DNA of 63,850 nt, counting the filler, from Streblomastix strix (taxonomy: Eukaryota), in assembly GCA_008636045.1 (NCBI GenBank). It is 4 parts of 4 records of this genome, joined end to end, with 100 filler letters (N's around TTAATTAATTAA, not from the genome) between each part and the next. Parts side by side here need not be neighbours in the genome. Positions count along the whole stretch, not along the records: positions 15,996 to 31,884 come from SNRW01000913.1; positions 31,985 to 47,869 come from SNRW01000914.1; 2 more parts are not named here. One strand, written 5' to 3'. How positions within the stretch are numbered: position 1 is the first letter of the stretch; every line of letters starts with the position of its first letter. Positions 25,940 to 38,140 of the stretch are shown in pieces. The translations under genes were made by a program, and so were the position numbers. Below the pieces are notes generated by a model, which saw nothing but the letters and a program-made list of their open reading frames with translations, was not told where the DNA came from and did no database searches.

Positions 25940-27632
25940 AGCTGCAAAGTTCAGATAAGTCTTGAATCTATGATATATCTTTATGAACTGATTCGTAATA
26001 ACTAAAAATTCATTCAAACAAAGTAACTTCTTCCAATATAATAATTAACAAACTTTTCACTTTTTAATTCTGATGATATATGAATATACCAACGAACAGG
26101 ATTATCTGCATCATCAACGGTGAGGTAAGCAGGGGGAATATCTTAAATGGGATCAGTGTTGAAATCATATAAAATCATAGCTTGAAACAGTTATGTTCTT
26201 TTTGGACCTATTGACTAACTCATACTTAGTACATACTATTTAGTTTCTATAAACCCATTTTATCTCAAATGCATATTGAACTTGACTAGTTTATTAATAG
26301 TATCATCAATTATATAAATCCTAATTGCATCTAAGTCATATGGAGTATATAGGCTAATGTAAGTAATTAATCTTTTGACACTTCAGTTACTGAGTATTAT
26401 GGAAAAACTGAAAGTGTAATTAGAACTGAAGGAAGGGTATCTTGTTACATAATAACACTAACAATATGTGAAATTGGTTAATCATTTGATGTTGTTTCAT
26501 TCTCATTTGATTCTTATGCCTGTGAGTCAATTATATAAATTCCACTAAAATCGTATAAATCTATAGAATAAATCCAAATCCTTAATTTACAGCAACATCT
26601 GGTGTGTCATTTCCAATAATCTATATCATATCTTCAAAGGAAGTAAAGGAAGTCTTTATTGGGAAGAATTTAGGTAATCCATGCTATTGATCAGAATCTT
26701 TTGATTTAAATACTATGAATACAATATTTACATGTTAACTACTAACTTCAGCATGAAAATTAAATATATATTGGCGCCTCTTTAACAAAATATGCAGCTC
26801 ACAGTGATCCAAATATATTATTATTCACTAATTTTGTGTTGTTATTAAAGTAGTTAGATAATGAAACAAGAATACTTAGATCATAAGGTTGAACTTCATC
26901 ACCAATCATTTCTGTTTATTTTTACACTACATCAAATACTCATAACATTGATTTTATACCATCAATAGTAGAATTTACATGCCAGTCATCTACAATATTA
27001 AACTTTTCATCACCATTTACATCACTAGTTGCACTCTTTAATGGTTCATAATCTGTATAATAAACACATGCAATAGCAATATGATTATTTACTTTAATTT
27101 GAGTAATTTGATCAACACTTCCAATTGATGATCCTATATTAAATCCTTTTTCACCAATATAACCAATAATATTTTGTTTACACCCCCATCATCTCCTAAC
27201 TCCAATGAATGTTTGTTAAATGGCCACAATTTTTCAGGAAAGCAAGTAAACACAAAACCCATGAAATCTTCTCTAAGATGTAGTTCAATGTTATATACTA
27301 CTTTATTTCTTAATTTATAGAATTTAATTCCTCCAACACTGATATTATATGGAAGTAATGGTTATGTTAGTCTATATATAGTGGAATTGTTATTATTTCT
27401 GCAGCAGTTTGTATGGGGGTGTTATTGGCTCCTGTGATATTTGTTATACAATTAATTTATCATCATTATCTTGCACCAAATCTTGAAGATATTATAGTCC
27501 ATCAATAACCTGATTTTCTATTCAATCAACAATTTGTTTAGGTTCACGCTCTTGAATTTATGCGTATAATTCTCGAAATTCTGATTGGCCAGCTGTATTC
27601 AATTGCGCTTCGTCAATGTATACACTACTCAT
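25940..27632 (-). pseudogene. Large viral structural-type protein (~560 codons), degenerate
   Basis: ATG at 27632 (MSSVYIDEAQLNTAGQSEF...). Segments include FMGFVFTCFPEN, FIGVRR, IIGYIGEKGFNIG and YLTVDDADNPVRWYIHISSEL. Multiple stops and frameshifts. Confidence 0.5.
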
Positions 27633-27642
27633 TTTATAGTCC

Positions 27643-27664
27643 AAAAATAAACAACTTCGCTTTA
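27643..27664 (-). promoter_or_regulatory. Conserved viral upstream motif, copy 2
   Basis: AAAAATAAACAACTTCGCTTTA on the + strand, upstream of ATG 27632. Confidence 0.6.
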
Positions 27665-27691
27665 GCTTCTTTAATATGAACAGACTTATTA

Positions 27692-30329
27692 TCAAAGCAT
27701 CCAACTAAATTAAATCCCAACTTCATCATTAATAACCCATGCTTCTGTTCAGTTGGTAGATATTCGAATATTTCTTAATGATAATAAACCTGTTAATGTC
27801 TTTCGCTTCGTTGCCAATGAAATAGGATTTGTAGTGCTTGGAGAAGCTGAAGGAGTTATGGAATTACTTACACTTCCAATAGTGCGAACCAAAGTTTATG
27901 TTGAAGTACTGATTTAAGTTGTTTGTTAAAATTCGATCGTTAAATTTTAAAATGTATCTATTCGAGCAAGTTTTAAATAATTAAACCTAAAATTTGAATT
28001 TTAATTAACGATTAAATTTGTAATATCTTCTACTTATACTCATACCAATGAGGATAATAAAGAAGTACCTCCATCAACTAATAGAACTGATGTATCATCT
28101 TTATCAGTTTTCACAAATCCAGTAATATTAATATTTGCATTGAATGTCTTAGTGTCATTAATTTCTTAATTAATAGAAATATTAACATAATTCGTTAGTT
28201 TTACATCAACTTCTGACTAAGTCAAATATGTATTTTCCACTGGATCTTATGTCTCATCATATGTTCCACCAAATGAACTTACATATTTTAATCTACCTGT
28301 AATTGTTTATTAAACTGATCCTTCCAATCTTACATATTTATTATCTATTTCTGTTCTTGAATAAATTTATGTTTTGTATAATAGTATGATAAATCTGTTG
28401 GAACACTAGTGAATTCAGATATCGGTTTAGTAGTTCCAATAGCTAATAATACTTACTGATTGGTTCCATCGTATTTAATAAATCCATTTGCAGTAACATT
28501 ATCGTAAAATGATTTAGTTCCTACAATTTATTATGTACCGTTTATACCAACAAAATTTCTTTGTAATTCACTACGATTCACATAATCATCATCATCGTCA
28601 GAAATTTCTTCAACGTAATCACAATCATTTCGTAAATTTCCTTAAATTAATTATAGATTTTTACTTCTTTTTTAATGAATGCTCCTTCGATATCATATTA
28701 TGCAGCATACTATCTAGTTTCTAAGTTATCAAATAATTCAATACTATCTATTATTATTAATTTTCCAGTAATATTTTATGATAATTAATTCGTTTTCTTC
28801 ACAAAATTCGTATCTTCAATTGTACAACCAAACTTAGATATTGGTTAAATACCACCAGTTCCTAGTAAAACTACTATATTATCAGCACCAGATTTGATAA
28901 AAGATGATCCAATTACAGTCGACATTCCATCAATAGAACTTGCGAATCTACAAGCATTATTGAATATCTTATTTGTCGTTATTATCTATGAAGTACCTAA
29001 TGTTACGTAATTAACCAGATCAGTTGTTCCTAATTTCTCATCTAATAATTCATCTGTTTTTGTTTTATTGTAATAAACAGTCAAGTCAATATCTCCAACA
29101 TCAATATCTGATATTAATTAATCAATTTCTGTTTTAATTTAGACTTCGTCTCTGACATACGTTTCATTTTTGCTATATGAATCAAACAATTATGTTTTAT
29201 CTGCTTTTGCAAGTAATAATGTGTCATCTTAACCTTTTGTATAGACTTCGTCTCTGGTATAAGTTTCACTTTTGCAATAAGAAACTCCTGTATTTGTTTT
29301 ATTATTTAACAGATTATTTGTTTCAGTTTTAGTGTAAGCACTAATCAATTATTTCATATCTACTTTCAATAATTGGAAAGCATCATCTACAAATTTAGTA
29401 CAGACATCGTCTATGGCATAAGATTCACTTTTGCTATAAGATACTCCTATATTAGACTTATTTTTTAACAGACTATATATTTCACTATAAAAATATATCT
29501 ATGTTTTATTGTAATAATTGCTCAAATCAACAGTTGCATTTATATCAGATATTGATTTAACTCCTTCACCAACAAGAAATACTGAGCTGTTATCGTAACT
29601 TGAATGTTAAATACCATTAGAAATAATAATACTTATAAAAGTCTTCATCTGAATAATAGATTTATCATTTCTTGTAGAAACAAACATAGTATTTCGCGCA
29701 AGTATTAATGTGTTTCCATCAATTGATATATCAATTATTGCATTACCTCCTCCAGTAGCAGCTCTAAGTGTTGATATAACATTACTCATATCAGGTAGTT
29801 CAGTTTCTAATACTCGAAGATTTGTTCCATCCCACCAATAATCAGTAACTTCTTTATCATCAATATATAAATTATCTCCAATCACTAATTTTGCTACATT
29901 ATCTTGAATTGTCATCCAGTCATTCATCTCTTCTTATATTGAGAATACATAAGCTTTAGACTTTTCAGTATCAATATCTATTATTTCATATAATTATGGT
30001 TGAGTTACTAATGAACTCACTAACATATCACCACCTCCAGCAAGTAATATGGAAGCATCATTTTTACTCAATTTCGATATGTTGGAAACACTAATTACAC
30101 CGAATTATTTTTATCCTGAAATTGTTTGGACAGAAGTTAAATCAACATAATTAGTCAAATCAGCAACATTAGCTTTCAAGAGTAAAAGTGCATCATCTTC
30201 CGATTTGTTGTATGAATCAATTTCCGCTTGAGAACTGGATTGTTATGGGAGACAATTGATGCTTATTGATTTTTTTTCAAATGGAGAATCGACTTCAACT
30301 ATGGTACTTACCCTAGGTGATAAACTCAT
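27692..30329 (-). pseudogene. Fibre/tail-fibre-like repeat protein (~880 codons), frameshifted
   Basis: Repeated NYVxxxxxQxIxGxKxF units (DLTNYVDLTSVQTISGQKQF, DLVNYVTLGTSQIITTNKIF, FVGINGTQQIVGTKSF, LTNYVNISINQEINDTKTF), followed by (G)FIKxxxxxxxVLLAxG. YxKxExDxLL repeats. Beta-rich C-terminal head ends FSWML*. Confidence 0.7.
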
Positions 30330-30414
30330 TTCTTTAATATAAAAATAACAACGTAGTTGCTGGCTTTCAGCTAATGCACACAGTTCGCTGACTTTCAGTT
30401 AATATATCATTTCT

Positions 30415-30588
30415 TCAATTAAACATAGATAAGTATTCTTCAGAATGATCTTTTTTATGAATATCTCTTTCTTAACCTTTTACATGATCATTTATTACAT
30501 CAAATGCACTAGCTATCAAGAAAAAATTAGCAACTTCAATTATTGTTATAATAATTAATGACATGCTAACTATAATTTCGAATGTCAT
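30415..30588 (-). CDS. 57-aa viral protein with N-terminal hydrophobic (TM-like) segment
   Basis: MTFEIIVSMSLIIITIIEVANFFLIASAFDVINDHVKGQERD...MFN*; intact ATG to TGA, preceded by a T-tract. Confidence 0.55.
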
Positions 30589-30627
30589 TTTCAATTAGAT
30601 AAAAAATAAATTTAATTCAATTATTTT

Positions 30628-30953
30628 TCAGATGAACTTTTATTCAATGTCAGTTTAAAACGATTCTAACATATAACTCATGTCATCTTCTTTAAATTAT
30701 GATCAGAAAATAATTTCATTAACTGCTTTTGTATTGTGTTATTTCTACTGTAAATTTAAGCTTTCTTCTACGTATATCTTCTCTTTGTTGCTAACTACTG
30801 TTTACAAATTGCTTCCATTCTATCACTATTATTGAAGTATTTCTTTTGCCTTCCGACTGATCTCTTTTCAATTTATTACTTCTCTTAAGAAGCCAGCAAA
30901 GCAGATTCACTTCCTTCAGATTCATTGATTCTAGTTTCCATTGTTGTTTTCAT
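30628..30953 (-). pseudogene. Small basic viral protein with AT-hook-like motif
   Basis: KRSVGRQKKYFNNSDRMEAICKQQLATKRRY resembles the GRPKKY...ER.EA..Q DNA-binding motif. Frameshift near the 3' end. Confidence 0.5.
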
Positions 30954-30979
30954 TTCAATAGTAATAAAAAAAAGTAAAT

Positions 30980-31790
30980 TCATAATTTTAATCTAAAGTA
31001 TTATTTATATTCATTATCTAATTCACTAATATTTTTTGCCACTAATTTTGTAAAGAATATTGGTAATACTACTATTTTTAAATCACTATATAGAGTCAAT
31101 AACTCAATATTAACATTACCATTAACATATTCCATAAACACACCTATATTATTGAAATTACATCTTATTTTATCAAATTTATACTTCGTTTTTGATGTAT
31201 CAATGTGGAATAGAAAAATATTTCCTTTTAGAATTATTTTAGATTATATTATTTTTACAATCATAATATATCATTTAATTATTATTTTTAGAGATATATT
31301 TATTAACCTTCTATTCGCTTATCATTTTAAACTTATATTGGACTGTACATATTTTTGTAAGCAATATGTGGTGTATGATTATAAATATCAACAGTTTATT
31401 ACAATAATTACTCATTAGCAAGTTCATAAATATTATTACCAAACGCGTTTCTAATTGTTCGAATAACTCTATCAATCATTCTACTATGATTAGTAAATTT
31501 ACTATCTGTGAAGAATATATATATATTATTTTCTTTATAGAAATCAATTAGTAATTTTGATGCATAAACTTTCACACCATCTCCTCTAATATCTTCAATA
31601 GAAACCAGTTTTATCAACTACTTTAATGATTCAAGTATTGGAATTTAGGATTTTGATGTTACTAGAATAACTACTAAATATTTAATGTTTACAGTAATAG
31701 TTCATAGATATTATTTTATTTATGCATTCTTTTTCATTATGAATACTACAGTCGGAATTATATTTTCGTTAATTTGTTAATTTCATATGC
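30980..31790 (-). pseudogene. Retroviral-like (rve) Maverick integrase, N-terminus degenerate
   Basis: VNIKYLVVILVTSKS...IRGDG...FYKENNI...FTNHSRMIDRVIRTIRNAFG...VDIYNHTPHIAY...YSPIQVQ shows the integrase core with D-35-D spacing and the YNxTPH motif. Confidence 0.85.
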
Positions 31791-31884
31791 ATTTCAGTGA
31801 AAATCGAAAATTCTTCAATAAATATAAATATTATTTGTATATTAATAAATAAAAAACAAAAATAAACAACATGAATATAATATT

Positions 31885-31984
31885 NNNNNNNNNNNNNNNN
31901 NNNNNNNNNNNNNNNNNNNNNNNNNNNNTTAATTAATTAANNNNNNNNNNNNNNNNNNNNNNNNNNNNNNNNNNNNNNNNNNNN
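31885..31984. other. Artificial contig spacer
   Basis: 44N-TTAATTAATTAA-44N. Confidence 0.97.
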
Positions 31985-32092
31985 GGATTTTCAATATTTA
32001 TATTTTTTCTTTCATATTTATATTTATATTTAAATTTAAATTTATATTTATTTTTATAATAATTTATTTTATTTTATATATTATCGTAACAG

Positions 32093-33440
32093 AATTCGAT
32101 TTTGACTTTGACCCAGCCACCACCGATCAAAGGAAACTCCTCCTCGAGCTCTGGGATCATGATACATTAAGTGATGATGATCAGATTGGATGGGTTGAAA
32201 TCCCTCTAAAAGATTATCTTGGTGAGAAGAAACAAGGGTAAGTTGACTTCATTGGAGTAGATAAGCATTTCAATGAGAATGTGGGGACACTTGATTATGA
32301 GCTTGGAGTTAGGAATAAAGAGGATGCAGAGAAAGAAAAAACTGAACAAGCTAATCTGATCAAATAGAAATAAGCGGATGTTATTAATTAGAAGAAATAG
32401 TTAGCTGATTAAAAGTAGCTTGAATAGTAGAAAGAAAAAGAAAAGAAATAATAAGAAGAATAATAAAAGAAAGATGAAATTGAAAAAGCTAAACAAGCTA
32501 AAAAGAAACAACTTGAAGATATGCAATTGAAATAATAATAAGCAGCAGTTCCAGAAGTAGTTGATGATATTGGAACGGATGTTAAGAATGTGTATGTTAA
32601 AATCATTGGAGTATAAAATGTAGCAGCAATGGATTCTAATGGAAAATCTGATCCATATGTTAAAGTATTATTTGATGGAAAATAAATTGGAAGAACAAAG
32701 AAAGTTGCAGATACTTTAAATGCTGAATATAATGAAGGTATTGTTTATGTTTTAATTTAAAATAGTCAATACAATACGATATATTTAATAATATTTTTAT
32801 TTTTAATTTATTCTTCTTTTTATATTTATATTTATATTTATATTATTAATTTAATTATTTATAATATTTAAATAGAATTTGATTTTGATGTAGATCCTAA
32901 TGCAACAAAAGCTCGATAAGTTAAACTTGAATTATGGGATCATGATTCATTAAGTGATGATGATTAAATTGGATATTATGATCTTAGATTGAAAGATTAT
33001 CTTGGGAAAAAGAAAAGTGAATAATTGAACTTCATTGGAGTTGGAAAGAATGAAGGAAAAGAAGTAGGATTATTAGATTATGAACTTGGAGTTCGAAGTA
33101 AAGAAGAAGCAGATAAAGAAAAAGCTGATCAAGTTAATCAAGCCAAACAACGAGAAATTGATGCAGCGAATTTGAAGAAATCATAAGCTGATTAAAAGAA
33201 ATTAGAAATATAATAAGAAAAAGAAAGAAAAGAAGAAGAAGCAAGATTGGCAAAAGAAAAGAAAGAAGAAGAAGTTAGATAAGCAAAGTAAAAAGAAATT
33301 GATGCAGCTAATTTGAAAAAATAATAATTGTAATAAGAAAAAGAAAAGAAAGAAGAAGAAGCACGATTAGCTAAAGAAAAGAAAGAATAAGAAGAATAAT
33401 AAAAGAAAGATGAAATTGAAAAAGCTAAATAAGCTAAAAA
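32093..33440 (+). CDS. Multi-C2-domain protein with E/K/Q coiled-coil linkers (5'-partial)
   Basis: Two C2 units: LLLELWDHDTLSDDDQIG and VKIIGVQNVAAMDSNGKSDPYVKV...TLNAEYNE/EF...VKLELWDHDSLSDDDQIG. Intron at 32738-32875. Ca2+-binding Asp residues are retained. Confidence 0.9.
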
Positions 33441-36400
33441 GAGGAATTAAGATAAAAAGAAAGAAAACGTAAACTTCTGGAATAAGAAGAAGAAGAATTA
33501 AGATAAAAAGAAAGAAGAATGCGTTTATTAGAAGCCGAAGAAAGAAGAATTGCAGAAGAAGAGTAGTAACGTGAAAGAGAAAGAGAAAGAATAAGAATTG
33601 AAAAAGAAAGAGAATTTTAAAGGAAAATTCAGGAGTAAGAAGATCAATTATAAAGAAACAGGATTTTGGAAGAATTATAAAAGCAAAAATTAGTTGAAGA
33701 GTAACTTAGATTGAAAGAAATTGAGATTTAAAAACAAAAGTAATTATAAATTGAATTATCGTAGACACACACATAAATAGATTAATAACCGATACAATAT
33801 CAATTTGCTCAATCAGTTGCAACATCAACAACACAGCTGGACAAACAATTTGATATTCAATAAGAGGAAGAAAGATTGAAGAATCAGTTGTAGTAGTTGA
33901 TTGACTTGTAGGATTAGATTAATAAGATCTAATCTAAAGAAGAAGGAGAAAAATTGAAACAGTTGATGTTTTAGATGCAGAAATAATACGATTAAAAACA
34001 AAAGCAGATATAAGATGAATAAGATTATTATTAAGATAAGAATAAATCACAATAAATATTTAACACATTATAATCGCAGCGCGAATACCTTTCTCCAAAT
34101 TAAAATAGTCAATATCAAATATAGAAAATCATTTAAGATGTGTCACCATAATATGATATATCAGTAGAATACCATTCAGTAACGAAGACCATCCAAGATA
34201 GGATAGATAGTGAATCGGATTCATAAAGCTATGACAGCAGAACTGATTCTTTATCTCAGAAAGACCTATAAATGATTTAATAGTAAAATGCAACTGGTAT
34301 AACCATACCTTATCATGCAGAATCACACTCAATTATTTCACCTCCGGAAAACAGCCGTTAACAGTCAAGGTATCATTCACATAGTACATATCATGAAAGT
34401 TCATCAACTACAAATGATTCATCTACAGATGGATACGAATAAGAATAAGGAAAAAGTTCATAATATGATCAACATAGATCGCATTCAAAGAAGAACAATA
34501 ACTTTTCAGATAGTTCACAATCGAATCATTCAGATAGTAATTCTGTGTATTCGTCACAAACATCATACAGTAGATCAGTATCAAGTGAAGCAAGTGGTTA
34601 AAAGAAAGGTGAAAAAAGAATAGAATAAAAACAATTGAGAAAATACAATGAGAATACAAATGGATTAGAGAGAGAGGAATTTGAATCTCAAAATAAACAT
34701 AAACATTAAAATCATGAAGAACAGTTCAGTCCTTTTGCATAAAACAAGAAAGCTATTATAAGAGCTGATGTTCAGACTAAAATGAACAGGGAAAGGCATA
34801 TTCCATATGAATTATAGTTGGATGATTAAATATAATAGTAGTAATAATAAACTAATTAATAATAAAATAATACAAATAATTCTCCATTCATTTTGAATGT
34901 AAATGATAAATGCATTCAAGTAGGAAATAAAGATGATTGGACTCTAGAAGATATGGACGATTATAATGATAATAATAATGAATAATTCAACAAAGAGACC
35001 AATTAATAACATATTACAAATTAGAGCAGTTCCAATACGAGTAATAATGAATCAAAGGAATAATAAAATTGGAGTAATGAAAAGAAGAAAGATAGAAAAA
35101 GAAATTAAGAAAATTATAAAGATGTTTAAAATGAGAAAGATTCGTAATAACAAAATAACGATAATAGATTATTGAAATAATAAGATGTAGATGATAAATT
35201 ATAATAAATGAAACTTAGGGGATAATAACAGATACAAAAGTATTACAATTAATAGTAATTATCATAAACCTAATAATAATAGCTATAATAATAGTACGAA
35301 ATAGTATAAAGATAACTTTCCCCAACTATGCTTAGTTAAACTAGTCCTTAATCATAACTCTAAATTCAGCAACTATTAAATTCATAATAAATAAACTAAA
35401 ACCAACCGTCACTAGTAATTGAAGCTTTTTCCATGGAACACGCAGATCATAAATCAAAACCCATTAAATTCTCGCAATAATAAATATCATTACTTAATTA
35501 GGAAGATAATCAATCAATGAAACCAATGCTTGATACATTATCAATACCAAAATAATCTTTCAATGAATAATAATAATTACTAAATAAATCATAAACATTT
35601 GTAACACCTTCGTAATTATTAGATAATTACAAACAGTAATAATAATCTCATTCATAAAAATCATTTCAACCTTTAATATCACTCTCTAATTCTTCAATCA
35701 AAAAATCCAAATCCAATTCGAATATATAAATATAAATGGAAAATCCAGATGAACAGTAAACTAAATTATTAGATTAATCATAATAACCTATAAGAATTAT
35801 TCATTAATATCCTTAATAATACGATTAATAATATAACCATAATGATGCATAAGATATATCACAAGATTTATCGTCAGAGATCATTAAAGTGCTTTCACCT
35901 ATAGCAAATGTAAATATAAGATTCCAAGGTGATTAAATAAGCATTGACAATGTTAGTCCTAATAACTAATTGAACTTTACTAATAAATTTAGTTTCAACG
36001 ATTAGAATTTTCACTTCAGTCCTCCAAATTAATACAACGGTCATAATTAATTCAACCAAAACGATTAATCAAACTAAAGTATCTCATACAGCTAAAGCAA
36101 TCTAGATACCAAATTTGATCCAATAATTAAAGATATAACCCATGAATCGTTTGAAATTCCCACATTCGAATCGGATTCACTCAAATCTGGGCTTAGATCT
36201 AGAGATATACATGTTTTCCATCTATTATCATTAACGCCATAAAATTTAGGATAAAAGAATGAATAATCAGATCAAATAAATATCAGAGATCATTTCAGAG
36301 AAAGAGATGCAGATATTCAGGAAGATGAAACGTAGACTGTTGATTCTGGAATGAACCAGTAGATGTTGATCAGTTCTAAGATTTATCAGTTATTTGATAA

Positions 36401-37871
36401 GAACAAGAATTACGATGTGATTAAGGATGAATTGAAGTAAAAATAATAAAGAATTATAAGTTAGTTGAAAGAAAACTAAAAAGAAGCATAAAAAGAACAA
36501 GGAAAATTAGAAAAAATCGGAAAAGTTGTTGAAATAGACCAATTAAACGATAATTACTATAATGAAAGATTAAAAAATAGACAATTAATTCGCTAACAGT
36601 AACAAAACTAATATAATCCAATATCCGATTATACAGACAATTTCAACTCATTGTCATAATCGCAATAATTTAATTTAACACCAACACCGCTTAAACAGTC
36701 AATACCGAAATCAACTTCATATTCAATAACTAAATTTCCTCCTCCTTCGAATTCAAGTCCACATTCACATCCTAACACATAATTAGTTAGAGAATATCAG
36801 TAGAATTAAAATTAAAGCTAACACATTAATGATAATTTAAAAGAATTGGATTATGAATAATAATAAGATAGGTAATAATATTAGTCAGATGGAGTTTAGT
36901 AACAGAGATAATCCAATAAGAAGAATTTTGATTATGAGCTGAATTTAGATTACGACAAATAAAATAAATAAAATTAAAAATAAGCTCACGATCAACAACA
37001 TGATTAATAATTAGATTAATAAGATCAATAAACACTCGAATATCGCACATCTGAATCACCCTCTAAGCAATACACACAAAGTATGCTTTACAATCAGTAA
37101 AACATTCAATCTCCTTCACAGATACTATCTCCTTCTGAAACAAGCTAATTATCTCCAACAGAAGCACATTCTTTCTAAATTCCAGTAAATAAAACAAATT
37201 AGAAGGTTAGGAAGAGATAATCTCCAAGATCAAATTCACGATCAAATTCTAGATCAAATAGTTCGGATAATAATCAGTCAAACAATAATAAGTAATCTAA
37301 TAATAATGATAATAAATAAATACGGCATCATTCAAATTCAAGTTCAGATTCCTAATCTCAATCTAAGTCTCATTCGAGATCATAAACACATTCAAGATCG
37401 TCGTCTCCAGCATCTCCAAAAACCCAGATACAAAAAACTACACTTCATCATTACGATCCAAACACTGATAATAAGAAATAGCGTAAAGACTCTATTGATG
37501 CTGATACATATAATTATACTGATACTGCATCTGATGCTGATACTAATGTTACTAATGAGAATTAATAATTAAATGAAGATCGTAGTCAATAAGATATCAA
37601 AATTAAGAGGAATAGATTGGAAGAAAGCAAAACCAGATCATATAAAAAGATGAAATAACATCCAGTTATTTTATCTAATTAGAATGATGGTAGTAATGAT
37701 AGAGAGTAAAGTATGGAAATGGATAGTTAAATTTCAAATACAACAAATCAGCAAATAAGAACGAAATCTTCACCAAAATAAGAAACTCAAAAATCAGATC
37801 CGAACGAAGGATATGAATAGATGAAGAAAATTATGATGTAAAAACCAAAAATATCGAAGAAAAACAATTGA
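33441..37871 (+). CDS. Long coiled-coil then Gln/Ser/Asn-rich low-complexity coding region, out of frame with the upstream C2 part
   Basis: Open under TAR=Gln from EELRQKERKRKLLEQ to ...ISKKNN TGA at 37871. The frame differs from the C2 reading frame at ~33440. Confidence 0.65.
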
Positions 37872-38140
37872 AACTTTGAATGACATTTATAAAATAAAAA
37901 TTTTATGTAAAGAGTTTTTAATTATTTATCACTATCTAATATTTTTTATTCATCTTCATTTTTTATTCATCTTCATTTTTTATTCATTTCATGATTATTC
38001 TCTTAATATTCTATTAGATTTTAACATTAATTAGTTTATAAAAAAATTTCAAAAAATAAAATATTAATTTAAATATAAATATATTAAATGATTTTATTAA
38101 ATTGTTCTTTTTATTTATTTTTTGCTAAGTGAAAAATAGC

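Larger units (their letters stand above)
20227..31884. mobile_element. Degraded endogenous Maverick/Polinton-like virus, right part missing at the contig end
   Basis: About 12 densely packed intronless genes with short spacers, including an A32 ATPase, probable major capsid, fibre-repeat protein and rve integrase. Many frameshifts and TGA stops. Confidence 0.85.

Noticed and set aside
29150..29520. Spaced direct repeats resembling a CRISPR-like array
   Set aside because: They are in-frame protein repeats (SYSKSETY.RDEV) of the fibre gene in a eukaryotic context.
20227..31884. Calling the element polymerase-less or protease-less
   Set aside because: The contig ends ~100 bp beyond the integrase, so absence cannot be judged.
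37940..37995. Short tandem TTTTTTATTCATCTTCAT repeat
   Set aside because: Ordinary slippage duplication in an AT-rich 3' region.
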